DNA of 64,000 nucleotides from contig JAWODC010000009.1 in assembly GCA_046483495.1 (NCBI GenBank), positions 54,826 through 118,825 of the forward strand. Direction: 5' to 3'. Each line of letters starts with the position of its first letter. Positions within the stretch are counted from its first letter, which is position 1. The position numbers and the translations under genes are program-made. Source of the stretch: Desulfobacterales bacterium. GTDB taxonomy: Bacteria; Desulfobacterota; Desulfobacteria; Desulfobacterales; UBA5616. The notes under the pieces were generated by a model, which was not told the origin of the DNA, did not search any database, and saw nothing but the letters and a program-made list of their open reading frames with translations. Positions 19,980 through 29,619 of the stretch are shown here, in pieces.

Positions 19980-20054
19980 TTCACGGTATATCTTTATTTT
20001 AATTGCTATTTTAGTCTTGTGTATGGAATAAAGCGGAAGGTTGCTTGATTAAGA

Positions 20055-20090
20055 TTGTATTTTGCAGGGAAATACCATTGCATTATGCAA
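20055..20090. promoter_or_regulatory. Putative enhancer sites for the adjacent sigma-54 activator
   Basis: TTGTATTTTGCAG (20055-20067) and TTGCATTATGCAA (20078-20090), 23 bp apart, about 75-110 bp upstream of the -24 box. Confidence 0.55.
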
Positions 20091-20092
20091 GA

Positions 20093-21412
20093 TCAATCCA
20101 ATTGGTATTTTTTTCGCTTGCGCCACAATGTAGCCGGATCGATCCCCAGCACTTTGGCGGCTTCGTCAAGAGAAGAGGAATGCATAATAACGTTTTGTAT
20201 ATGGCGTTTCTCGACCTCGGCCAGGCTCTTGAATGCCTCTTCGACAGGCGGATTGAAAAATGCAATGTTTGGAGAAAAATCTGAAAGCGTCAGATCTGAA
20301 CCGCGTGCTATCACCACTGCACGTTCGATGGCGTTTATAAGTTCCCGTATATTGCCGGGCCATGGATACCGTTGCAGGTGCTGCATGGATTCTGTTGAAA
20401 TAAATCGAATATTTTTTTCGTTCAAGTGGGTAGAACGTTTCAGGTAATGTTCGGCAAGAAGTTGGATATCTTCCGGCCGTTCCCGTAAAGGAGGCAAAAA
20501 CAGCTCTAATACATTCAATCGGAAATAAAGATCCTCCCTGAAAGCCCCTTCGCGAACATTTTCCTCTAAATCCCTATTTGTTGCGGCGATAATACGGACA
20601 TCTACGGTATGGAACCTGGGATCACCTATTCGCTCGTATTCGCGGTTTTGCAAAAATCTCAGCAGTTTTCCCTGAACCGAGACTGGAATCTCTGCAACCT
20701 CATCCAAGAATATAGTGCCCCCGCCCGCTAATGCAAGCTTGCCTTCTTTATCCCGAATAGCTCCGGTGAATGCACCTTTAACATGGCCGAACAAATCGCT
20801 TTCAAGCAGGTTTTCATGCAAAGCCGCACAATCCACTGTAACAAAAGGTTTTCCGGAACGGGGGCTCCAGTCATGTATTAACTGTGCCAACAATCCTTTG
20901 CCGGTACCGCTTTCTCCGCCGATTAAAATAGTCGCTTCAGAATCCGCCGCCTGGCGGGCGGTTTGAAGTATTTTTTGCATCCGATGATTTCGAGTCAGTA
21001 TGCCACCCTCGGAAAAAATGCCTTTCAGCGTTGCAATCTCCATCTCCATTTGATGAAGGCGGTTCAGCCTTTCCAGTACAAGATCCAACTGGCCCGGAAC
21101 AAATGGTTTAGGTAAATAGTCGAATGCGCCCATTTTGACGGCATTTACAGCGGTCTCGATTGTAGCATAGGCGGTGATCATTATCACTTGGCTCTTTTGG
21201 CCGCTCTTCATAATATCTTTGAGCACCTCAAGTCCGTTTTTGTCGGGCAGTTTCATATCGAGCATGACCAGGTCAGGAGCTTCACATCGGAAAGCCTGAA
21301 TGCCCTTTGAACCCGATGCGGCTGCGGTAACGTCGAATCCTTTATCTTCAAGGTAAATCTGAAGGGTGGTCAGGATGTTTTGATCATCATCAATTATCAA
21401 TGCCTTTTTCAT
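20093..21412 (-). CDS. Sigma-54-dependent response regulator (NtrC/AlgB-like)
   Basis: Receiver domain, GESGTGK, GAFTGA, YPWPGNIREL and Fis-type HTH LGIDPATLWRK. Confidence 0.93.
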   Translation of the reverse strand: MKKALIIDDDQNILTTLQIYLEDKGFDVTAAASGSKGIQAFRCEAPDLVMLDMKLPDKNGLEVLKDIMKSGQKSQVIMITAYATIETAVNAVKMGAFDYLPKPFVPGQLDLVLERLNRLHQMEMEIATLKGIFSEGGILTRNHRMQKILQTARQAADSEATILIGGESGTGKGLLAQLIHDWSPRSGKPFVTVDCAALHENLLESDLFGHVKGAFTGAIRDKEGKLALAGGGTIFLDEVAEIPVSVQGKLLRFLQNREYERIGDPRFHTVDVRIIAATNRDLEENVREGAFREDLYFRLNVLELFLPPLRERPEDIQLLAEHYLKRSTHLNEKNIRFISTESMQHLQRYPWPGNIRELINAIERAVVIARGSDLTLSDFSPNIAFFNPPVEEAFKSLAEVEKRHIQNVIMHSSSLDEAAKVLGIDPATLWRKRKKYQLD

Positions 21413-22937
21413 TTATTTTCTCCAAGGAAAGGGGGATCCAAAACGTAAAAACAGTACCCTCTCCCTTTCTGCTTTGAACCTTAATATCACCCCCATGCAT
21501 TTCAATGATATCCTTTACGATGGCTAAACCGAGACCGATCGTACCGCTTTTGCCGCGTTCGGAAAACTGTGTGAAACGGTCGAAAATATAGGGCAGATAA
21601 ACAGGGTCAATTCCTGACCCTGTGTCACTGCACTGGAAAAATAACCGGTCATCTTGGATATATATTTTTAGACCAATATGCCCACCTGGATCGGTATAAC
21701 GCAATGCGTTGCCGACAAGGTTGGTCAGTACCCATGGGAAACGGAACGAATCGATCGTTACCTTGGGTGGATTTTCCGGCATATCGATATCGATTGAAAT
21801 CCCTTGACCTTGGGCCTGCTTGATCAAAGGGGCGAGGCTTTCATATACAACCACAGCGATATCGAGAGTTTCCTTAGGCCGTGGTCGAGACATGGTTTCC
21901 AGTCTTGAAATGTCAACAAGTTCGTTTATCAAAGACGTCAGACGGGTGCAATCTTCATAGGCGGTTGAAAATAGTTTGTCTCTTCTTTCAATGCCGATTT
22001 CTTCTCCGCGACTATACAGCATGCCCACACTCATTGCCAGTGATGTCATAGGTGTTTTAATCTGATGAGAAATATCGGCAATAAAGCGACCCTTGGCCTC
22101 TTCACTTCGGCGAACTTTCTCTCTTTCGGTCGCAATGATTTCATCCCGGTGATGATCATATTCTTTAAGGCGACTGAATAGTCGGTTAAAAGATTGCGTC
22201 AAAAATCCGGTTTCATCGCTCGACCCTGCCTGGATGATCGGATATTTACCGGTACTTTCCTGGATTCCCGAAATTTGTCGAGCCAGCTTCATAATGGGTT
22301 TTGCGATTCGATGCGACAAAAAATAACTCAAGGTCAAAATCACGGCAATAATAATTCCGAAAAGAACAGCCGCCTGTTGCTGGGCACGATCAGCTAACAT
22401 TCGGGTCTTTTGCTCAGCCTGTTCCATGGCATTTTCATTAATGGCTACCAGATCGTCTATTTTTGAAACCATTTCTGCTGTAAGCTTCAGAAAAGCTGAA
22501 AAAAAATCATGAGAAAAGAGATTTTCCGGGTTGTTTTTAATAGTTTCTGCAAGATGTTCATATTCACGGAAATCATGTACTAATTGATCCACCAGTTCCT
22601 GCTCTCCGGTTTCAGTTACATTTTCTGAACAGATAATCAAATTAACGGAAATGCTTGTCAGTGCCTCGGAAGGAAAGGACGATAAGGTGTCGCCCTTGGA
22701 AACGTGTTCGAGAAACAAATTTCTAATGTCTTCCAGGGTCTTTCGCGCTCCTTGAGCGGAACGGATGCTTTTGTAATTTTTAGAAAGAATATGTTCGGCG
22801 CTATCTCCCAACACACTTAAGTATTGGTTGTTAAGGATTGCTGCGGCCAAAAGAGCAATGGTGGGGATAAGGCTAACAAGAAATATTTTGAACCTTATTG
22901 AATGGCGGATGGTTTTTTTTTCTTTGCGGATTGTCAT
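21390..22937 (-). CDS. Membrane sensor histidine kinase (periplasmic helical domain, HAMP)
   Basis: Two TMs, HAMP, SHQIKTPM H-box, NLVGNALRY, DTGSGI and GLGLAI. Confidence 0.92.
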   Translation of the reverse strand: MTIRKEKKTIRHSIRFKIFLVSLIPTIALLAAAILNNQYLSVLGDSAEHILSKNYKSIRSAQGARKTLEDIRNLFLEHVSKGDTLSSFPSEALTSISVNLIICSENVTETGEQELVDQLVHDFREYEHLAETIKNNPENLFSHDFFSAFLKLTAEMVSKIDDLVAINENAMEQAEQKTRMLADRAQQQAAVLFGIIIAVILTLSYFLSHRIAKPIMKLARQISGIQESTGKYPIIQAGSSDETGFLTQSFNRLFSRLKEYDHHRDEIIATEREKVRRSEEAKGRFIADISHQIKTPMTSLAMSVGMLYSRGEEIGIERRDKLFSTAYEDCTRLTSLINELVDISRLETMSRPRPKETLDIAVVVYESLAPLIKQAQGQGISIDIDMPENPPKVTIDSFRFPWVLTNLVGNALRYTDPGGHIGLKIYIQDDRLFFQCSDTGSGIDPVYLPYIFDRFTQFSERGKSGTIGLGLAIVKDIIEMHGGDIKVQSRKGEGTVFTFWIPLSLEKINEKGIDN

Positions 22938-23173
22938 GATTTATTCCGATAAATACCTATGTGTAATATTCTAATTTGATTTTTCGCATTCGCCGCAGTT
23001 GAAAAAATCCCCATATGAGCAATATTCGTTTAGCCGGCGTTGCACCCAATCCGGCCTTAAGTCTGCTCCAGAAAAGTTTGCTTCGAAGGCGAGCAATCCA
23101 ATTGACCGCAAATTGACCGCAAGATGCGGTCAATCATGTCGAAATAGGGCATTTGGGCTCCAAAAAGAAAAAT

Positions 23174-23203
23174 GGGCTTTCAGCCTTGACTAACTGAAAA
23201 CCC
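23174..23203 (-). terminator. Hairpin downstream of tRNA-Lys
   Basis: GGGCTTTCAG/CTGAAAACCC stem with a T-rich tail on the - strand. Confidence 0.5.
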
Positions 23204-23215
23204 TTAAGATTTGGA

Positions 23216-23289
23216 TGGGCCGTGAAGGAATCGAACCTTCAACCTACTGATTAAGAGTCAGGTGCTCTGCCTAATTGAGCTAACGGCCC
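23216..23289 (-). tRNA. tRNA-Lys(CUU), CCA not encoded
   Basis: GGGCCGT/ACGGCCC acceptor stem, GCTC/GAGC D-stem, CTCTTAA anticodon loop, GAAGG-TTCGATT-CCTTC T-arm. Confidence 0.95.
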
Positions 23290-23471
23290 TTATGGTATTG
23301 TCATAAAGTTAATCTGGTTAGCAACTTTGTCCCTGGATGTCAATTCTTTTTAATGTCCATCCCGAAATGTCTGATTCACTCCATTTCTGCGCCGGCCGGA
23401 AAATTTTAATCCCAGAATACGTAACGTCTTCCTGCGTTTAAAGTTTCCCTCTGTTTTGACGCATTCTCAAC

Positions 23472-24221
23472 TCATACCGGCCACATCTTTTCCTTGTGTT
23501 TGCGCATCTGTTTGCGGTCTTTTTTCCATGGCTGCTTGGCCGGTTTGCGATCTTTTGAATTCGGCTTCCCATGCCGCGCCACCCGGGAGGTATTTATCAG
23601 GAAACTGCCGGGCATTATCGGTTCGGGTCTTTCCGCATGGGCTTCTCCCGATTTCGAGTCGGTTTTCTCCCGGGGCAGGGGAGGGGCGGTAAAGCACCCT
23701 ACCGGGATGAATTCGGATATGTAAAGACCTCCGTATTGTTCGAAGAACGATCCGTTCTCGACGGCGGAGTGTGCATGGACCGTTAACTGAACCGGGTGCG
23801 AATCGATGCGCTTTCCCATCCGAAGCGCCATATCCGGATCCGGTGACAGAATGATGCGATCCGTTCCGGCCGGGAAAATTCCGCGGTTTACGACATGATG
23901 ATGGGCTCTTTGGCGTATACAGGTATACAGGAGCTTCGGTAAATTTTCAGCCGGCGACGTTAGGGATAACGATTCCCGGTCAGCGGCTCGAATCCGGTTT
24001 TCGCTGATTTCGATCACGGGGTTTTCGAGGGACAGGCAGATCTCGTCAAGGGAGGCGCGCCGCACATGCCGCCATCCGTCTTCCTCGCATAAGGCCTTCA
24101 ACAGGTCCTTGATTTTGACATACCCCTCGGGATCCGGCACCAGCCCGAATTCATCGGGCCTGCGGCCGAGAACATAGCTCAGAAACTTGGCAAGCTTGTT
24201 CAGCTGTTGATAGCGCGTCAT
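23472..24221 (-). CDS. RNA 2'-phosphotransferase (KptA/Tpt1)-family protein with degenerate active site
   Basis: KFLSYVLGRRPDEFGL..D.EGYV.I..LL and RIRA match the family layout; catalytic motifs are altered. Confidence 0.72.
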   Translation of the reverse strand: MTRYQQLNKLAKFLSYVLGRRPDEFGLVPDPEGYVKIKDLLKALCEEDGWRHVRRASLDEICLSLENPVIEISENRIRAADRESLSLTSPAENLPKLLYTCIRQRAHHHVVNRGIFPAGTDRIILSPDPDMALRMGKRIDSHPVQLTVHAHSAVENGSFFEQYGGLYISEFIPVGCFTAPPLPREKTDSKSGEAHAERPEPIMPGSFLINTSRVARHGKPNSKDRKPAKQPWKKDRKQMRKHKEKMWPV

Positions 24222-24341
24222 ACGATTTCGATTTTCAGGGTTGCATCACGTAATGAAATTGCCTCTAATCTTTTCATCTTGACAAGAAATGTCAATACGT
24301 ATTTATGAAACAGGCAACCCAATTATGAAAGGATGTGCAGA

Positions 24342-25631
24342 ATGAAACAGGAAAACTCCCGAAGAATGTACGAACATTCCGTCACCTATATCCCGGGCGG
24401 CGTCAACAGCCCGGTTCGGGCCTGCAAATCCGTCGCCTCGGATCCGATCTTCATCGATCGTGCAAAGGGCGCCAGAATCTACGATGTGGACGGAAATGAA
24501 TTGATCGACTATGTCGGGTCCTGGGGACCGATGATATTGGGCCACGGCCATCCGAACGTTGTCAAGGCGGTGGCCTCCGCCCTTGAAAAAGGAAGCAGCT
24601 TCGGCGCCCCCACCGAGCAGGAAACCCGGCTTGCCGAAATGATCGTCGAAGCCGTTGATTCCATAGAAATGGTGCGGATGGTCAATTCCGGGACCGAGGC
24701 GGCCATGAGCGCCGTACGCCTGGCAAGGGGATATACGAAACGGGATACGGTGATCAAATTCGATGGGTGTTACCACGGCCATGCAGACACCCTGCTGGTG
24801 GCGGCCGGCTCCGGTGTCGCTACGCTTGGCATTCCCGGCAGCCCCGGCGTGCCGGCCGACGTCGTTAAGCATACGATATCACTTCCGTATAATGACATTG
24901 ACGCCTTCGAAGCCGTCATGGCGGAAAAAGGGGACCGGGTGGCGTGCGTTATCGTGGAACCGGTTGCCGGCAATATGGGGCTGGTGCCGCCGGCCGAGGG
25001 GTTTCTGCCGGCATTGAGAAAATGGACGACACACACCGGAAGCCTTCTGATATTCGATGAAGTGATGACGGGTTTTCGTGTGGCCTACGGGGGGGGCCAA
25101 TCACTCTACGGCATATCCCCGGACCTGACCTGCCTGGCAAAAATTATCGGCGGGGGACTGCCGGTCGGCGCGTATGGCGGAAGACGCGAGGTGATGACGC
25201 AAATCGCGCCGGAAGGGCCCGTTTACCAGGCCGGTACGCTTTCGGGAAATCCCCTGGCCATGGCGGCGGGTATTGCAACACTGGAGCAGCTGAAAACCCC
25301 CGGATTTTACGATGTTCTGGAAAACACCTCCGCGCTCTTGGAGGCGGGGCTTAAAAAAGCGGCGGAAAAACAAGGCATCCCCGCTGCCGTTCATCGGGTT
25401 GGGTCGATGTTGGGCATGTTTTTTACCGATAAAGCGGTAACGAACTTCAGCGACGCAAAGACCGCCGATCTCGATTATTTTGCATCGTATTACAAGGAAA
25501 TGCTGGCCGGCGGGGTATACCTTGCTCCGTCACAGTTCGAATCGATTTTCGTTTCCGCGGCGCATACGGATTCGGACATCGAACTGACGATCGCCGCAGT
25601 CGATACGGCATTCGAGAACCTCGGCCGGTAA
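24342..25631 (+). CDS. hemL: Glutamate-1-semialdehyde 2,1-aminomutase
   Basis: [33 protein letters not shown] and [10 protein letters not shown] motifs. Confidence 0.97.
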   Translation: MKQENSRRMYEHSVTYIPGGVNSPVRACKSVASDPIFIDRAKGARIYDVDGNELIDYVGSWGPMILGHGHPNVVKAVASALEKGSSFGAPTEQETRLAEMIVEAVDSIEMVRMVNSGTEAAMSAVRLARGYTKRDTVIKFDGCYHGHADTLLVAAGSGVATLGIPGSPGVPADVVKHTISLPYNDIDAFEAVMAEKGDRVACVIVEPVAGNMGLVPPAEGFLPALRKWTTHTGSLLIFDEVMTGFRVAYGGGQSLYGISPDLTCLAKIIGGGLPVGAYGGRREVMTQIAPEGPVYQAGTLSGNPLAMAAGIATLEQLKTPGFYDVLENTSALLEAGLKKAAEKQGIPAAVHRVGSMLGMFFTDKAVTNFSDAKTADLDYFASYYKEMLAGGVYLAPSQFESIFVSAAHTDSDIELTIAAVDTAFENLGR

Positions 25632-25853
25632 GAAGAGCGCCATTTGAGTGTCCGATCGAAAGCACCCATCAGATAATGCATCGGAGCGGCGCCTTGTCGG
25701 GTCCAACGGCCGTTGCTTTTCAAGAGGGGAATACCATTGTGCTGAAAACGGGAAATGTGGTATGAAGCTGGAACTGTTTTCCGTCTGTAAGGCTTTAATC
25801 CCTTTCCAACCCAAGACGATAACCTGCCATCATCAATGACTGAGGTGACCCGC

Positions 25854-27845
25854 ATGAAAAAAACGTACTTTAAACCAGCAGTTTGCGTCCTATTCGTAAC
25901 ACTTGTGACAGGTTTTTGGACTTTGCCGCTTCCCGCTTCGAGTGCCGGCCCGCTCGATGTGATGGTGAAAATCGGGAAACTCGACGAGAAACTTGCGCTG
26001 ATCAACAGTCTGGTGCCGCCGAACCCCGATTCTCCTCTGAAATCCCCCGGGTTTTTGGCCGGATCCATGCTCCAGGGCACCCAATGGATCGATTCGGACC
26101 GGCTGATCGTGATCGGTGCCATCATGGCGGATCCAACACCGGAAATGGCGATTTTCATTCCTTACAATGAACCCAACCCGAATTTTCAGGCCGCCTATAA
26201 TGCCGCGATTGTCGAAAACGGATACCTGATTTCCCTTCCGCCGGGGAGCAGACCGGAAGGGGCGTCGGAGGGAATGCAGCATGCCCTGACAGCGGCTTCG
26301 AAGAACCCATACCATCATTTTTTGTCCTTTGAATTAGCTGTTGAATCCATCCTGTCCAAATCCGAAGCCAAGATTCGGGAATCCATCGCCGGGATCGATG
26401 AAAAGGGGCCCACTACTGTCCCAAACCGCCCGAACCAGATGTCATCGCATCATCTAAAGGAAATGATGAACCAACTGATGGATGTCGGGCGGCAGGTTGC
26501 ATCGATTTCACAGGGCATCGATATCGACGACGAAGTGATTCGGTTTTCTTTTGATGCCGAAGCTGTTGACAACAGCGAACTGGGTGCACTTTTCGTTCGA
26601 AAAGATCGATTGACGCTGCTGAACGGGTATGAACCGGACGAGCAGATCAGCTTCAGGTCGGGACGGTATGATTTACGGGGAATGATCGGCCTCCTGGAAA
26701 AAGTGTTTGGAACCTTTTATGCCGAAATGGGCATCGATCTCGCAGCACTTACCGGGATTATGGAACACTTTACGGGAGAATCTGCCGGCGGCATGAGCCT
26801 TTCGGGAAACCGCGTGCAATTGGAAATGGTCGGCGTACTGATACCCGAAACCAACGCACATTTCATAAAAGAAATATACCTGCCGTGGCTCGAAGCGTAT
26901 ATCCAATCCATCACGAAGGCCTTGGAAACGCAGGGGGGAACGAATACTGTCGTTCGATTCGAGACAACCCCCGAAAGCAACGTGGCCGGGAGGACCGTGT
27001 ACGGCGTCAGGATGGCCGTTCCGCTGCCGGCCGGCGGTTTTCAGAATGTGTCCGAAGCGTCGCCCGGACCTGAGGTGGTCTACAACATGCGGCTGGCACA
27101 AGAAGGAGAATGTTTTATCATCGCGCCGGATGATGACCGCATGGCCGAACTGCTTCTCGCTGTACCCGAATTCAAAGAGACCGTGGATACGGGGCCTCTG
27201 TTTACGATGAAAATGGATTGGGTGGGCTACCTCAACGCCGTTCGAAGCAGTGCAGGGGAGGGGGAAAAGCAGAACATCCTGCCGGAAACCGGCAAAATGA
27301 CGCTTTCGGCGGAACTGGATGACGGACGGTTGGGTGCCGAGTCCGCTGTCCTGTTGAGCGATATTCGAACCTTTGTCGAAATGTTCAAAAAATCGGCTGC
27401 ATCACCCCCGCTGAAGAAAGCCGCAGCTTCGGTTTCCATACGGCCGAAAGAATCGATTCCGGATGAAAAAACGGAAACCATCATGAAGGACGCCGACTAT
27501 TGGACGGACCGCGGTGTATTGAGTGCCGTATATGGAAACGATAAGGCGGCTGTGAAGTTCTTCGAAAAGGCGATTTCACTTGACCCCGGCAAAAGCAATG
27601 CCCATTTTCATAAAGCAATGGCGTTGGCGGGGCTGGGCGACATGGATAAGGCGCTCGAAGCCGTCGAACGGGCGATTGGGCATAACGGCCGAAATGCAAC
27701 GTATGTTTACGGCAGAGGGCGGATTTATCTTTTGGACGGGCAAACCGAAAAAGCGCTCTCGGATTTCAAGCGTGCCGCCGAGATGGGCAATCAAGATGCG
27801 AAGCATTATATCAGCGGCCTGTGTACACCGCCTTCCGCCGAATAG
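25854..27845 (+). CDS. Exported protein with C-terminal TPR repeats
   Basis: Signal peptide; FEKAISLDP and ALSDFKRAAEMG TPR units; N-terminal region not recognised. Confidence 0.65.
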   Translation: MKKTYFKPAVCVLFVTLVTGFWTLPLPASSAGPLDVMVKIGKLDEKLALINSLVPPNPDSPLKSPGFLAGSMLQGTQWIDSDRLIVIGAIMADPTPEMAIFIPYNEPNPNFQAAYNAAIVENGYLISLPPGSRPEGASEGMQHALTAASKNPYHHFLSFELAVESILSKSEAKIRESIAGIDEKGPTTVPNRPNQMSSHHLKEMMNQLMDVGRQVASISQGIDIDDEVIRFSFDAEAVDNSELGALFVRKDRLTLLNGYEPDEQISFRSGRYDLRGMIGLLEKVFGTFYAEMGIDLAALTGIMEHFTGESAGGMSLSGNRVQLEMVGVLIPETNAHFIKEIYLPWLEAYIQSITKALETQGGTNTVVRFETTPESNVAGRTVYGVRMAVPLPAGGFQNVSEASPGPEVVYNMRLAQEGECFIIAPDDDRMAELLLAVPEFKETVDTGPLFTMKMDWVGYLNAVRSSAGEGEKQNILPETGKMTLSAELDDGRLGAESAVLLSDIRTFVEMFKKSAASPPLKKAAASVSIRPKESIPDEKTETIMKDADYWTDRGVLSAVYGNDKAAVKFFEKAISLDPGKSNAHFHKAMALAGLGDMDKALEAVERAIGHNGRNATYVYGRGRIYLLDGQTEKALSDFKRAAEMGNQDAKHYISGLCTPPSAE

Positions 27846-27906
27846 CGGATTTTTCAGGCGAACGGAATACATTGAACTTGCTTTGAATATACGGGAAAAA
27901 TAAGCG

Positions 27907-28827
27907 ATGAGCAGACCCGACCTAACGGTTCGTATCGGGAAAATGACGTTAAAAAATCCCGTAATGACGGCCTCGGGGACATTCGGATACGGCAGGGAAT
28001 TTGCGTCTCTTGTCGATTTGAACCGATTGGGTGCCATTATCGTCAAGGGGTTGTCGCTTGAACCTTCACATGGAAATCCGCCGCCGCGAATCGTCGAAAC
28101 CGCATGCGGGATGCTCAATGCCATCGGTCTCGAGAATATCGGAATTCAACGCTTCGAAGAGGAAAAGCTGCCGTATTTAAAAACAATTTCCACTCCGATG
28201 ATTACCAATATCTACGGCCGGACAGTTGCCGAATATGCTGATCTTGCGGGCCGCATCGACAAAATCGACGGCATTTCCGGCATCGAAGTCAATATTTCCT
28301 GCCCCAATGTCGCTGCCGGCGGCGTGGCATTCGGCATCGACGGATGCGCCGCCCAGGACCTGGTCCGTGCCGTTCGGCGACAAACCGGCAAGACCGTTAT
28401 CGTAAAGCTCAGCCCCAATGTAACGGACATCGTGGACATTGCCTTAAGGGTCGAGGACGCCGGGGCGGATGCACTGTCCGTAATCAACACCATCACGGGA
28501 ATGGCGGTGGATGTTGAAAGCCGGCGCCCCAAACTGGCTAATGTCACCGGCGGATTGTCCGGACCCGCGATAAAGCCCGTTGCGCTGCGAATGGTGTGGC
28601 AGACCGCAGCACGCGTTTCCATCCCGGTGATCGGGGTCGGCGGCATTTGTACGGCTGAGGACGCCCTTGAATTTTTGATCGCCGGTGCTTCAGCTGTTCA
28701 GGTCGGCACGGCAAATTTCATCAATCCTGCGGCCACTATGGAAATGATTGACGGCATAACGCACTATCTTGTAAAAAGAGGTATGACCGATATCACAAGC
28801 ATTATAGGGTCGTTGATCATCGAGTAA
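27907..28827 (+). CDS. pyrD: Dihydroorotate dehydrogenase, class 1
   Basis: ASGTFGYG, NAIGLEN, NISCPN, KLSPN and GGLSG motifs. Confidence 0.95.
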   Translation: MSRPDLTVRIGKMTLKNPVMTASGTFGYGREFASLVDLNRLGAIIVKGLSLEPSHGNPPPRIVETACGMLNAIGLENIGIQRFEEEKLPYLKTISTPMITNIYGRTVAEYADLAGRIDKIDGISGIEVNISCPNVAAGGVAFGIDGCAAQDLVRAVRRQTGKTVIVKLSPNVTDIVDIALRVEDAGADALSVINTITGMAVDVESRRPKLANVTGGLSGPAIKPVALRMVWQTAARVSIPVIGVGGICTAEDALEFLIAGASAVQVGTANFINPAATMEMIDGITHYLVKRGMTDITSIIGSLIIE

Positions 28828-28837
28828 GACGCTTGCT

Positions 28838-28985
28838 TAGAAGTGGTTTCAAAACCTTCAATCAGGTCAAAGATCAAGGCGGGAGGAAGGATTAAAGCGC
28901 AGGAATACATTACGTATTTTGAGCATTGAATCCTTCATCCCAACGCCGATATTGGGCCTGAGGGGAGGTTTTGAAACCACTTCTA
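28838..28985. mobile_element. MITE-like 148-bp palindromic element
   Basis: Perfect 20-bp terminal inverted repeats TAGAAGTGGTTTCAAAACCT/AGGTTTTGAAACCACTTCTA; the interior is also self-complementary. Confidence 0.7.
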
Positions 28986-29022
28986 TCCATTTGCAACTGC
29001 CGACGACGGACAAGGAGGACAG

Positions 29023-29490
29023 ATGACATTTAACAGCCTTGAAGACATCATTGATTTTGCCATTGAAAAAGAACAGGAGGCCGCGCAGTTTTACCGAATG
29101 GTAAGTGAGGAGGAATCGATGGCCGGGTCGAAACAAATGCTGCTGGAGTTTGCCGAAGAAGAAAAAAAGCACCGGGCCTTACTTGAAAATGTAAAGAAAA
29201 AAGGCGTCGCAAAAAGCCTTCCCGAGTATACGTACAAATGGATTACCGATATAAAGCGCAGCGACTATCTCGTGGATATGGATTACCACAAGGGAATGGC
29301 CTACAATGAGATTCTGATCCTCGCCATGAAACGGGAGGAAAACTCGCTCAAACTGTACAACAGCTTCCTGGACAATGCCCAAACCGAAGACGAAAAAGCG
29401 CTTTTCAAGATGCTGTGCCAGGAAGAAGCCAAGCACAAGCTGTTCATCGAAACATTGTATGACGACTACATGGCCAAAATGGGTGATTAG
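29023..29490 (+). CDS. Rubrerythrin-like ferritin-fold protein
   Basis: Duplicated E...FY...EEKKH and E...LY...EEAKH di-iron motifs. Confidence 0.85.
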   Translation: MTFNSLEDIIDFAIEKEQEAAQFYRMVSEEESMAGSKQMLLEFAEEEKKHRALLENVKKKGVAKSLPEYTYKWITDIKRSDYLVDMDYHKGMAYNEILILAMKREENSLKLYNSFLDNAQTEDEKALFKMLCQEEAKHKLFIETLYDDYMAKMGD

Positions 29491-29581
29491 CGGCGTTCGT
29501 GATGTTCTGAGCGGATCATCGTGCGAAGGAAAACAGGAGAGAAGCCTCACGAAAGACCTGATGGGGAAGCATGGATATAAA

Positions 29582-29606
29582 GCCCCTCCCCCGGCGAGGG
29601 GAGGGG
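29582..29606. terminator. GC-rich hairpin between convergent genes
   Basis: GCCCCTCCCC-GGCGA-GGGGAGGGGC. Confidence 0.5.
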
Positions 29607-29619
29607 CGGCATACGCGGT

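Noticed and set aside
17180..23216. Intact prophage or ICE at tRNA-Lys
   Set aside because: No integrase, structural or conjugation genes, and no duplicated tRNA end found by eye
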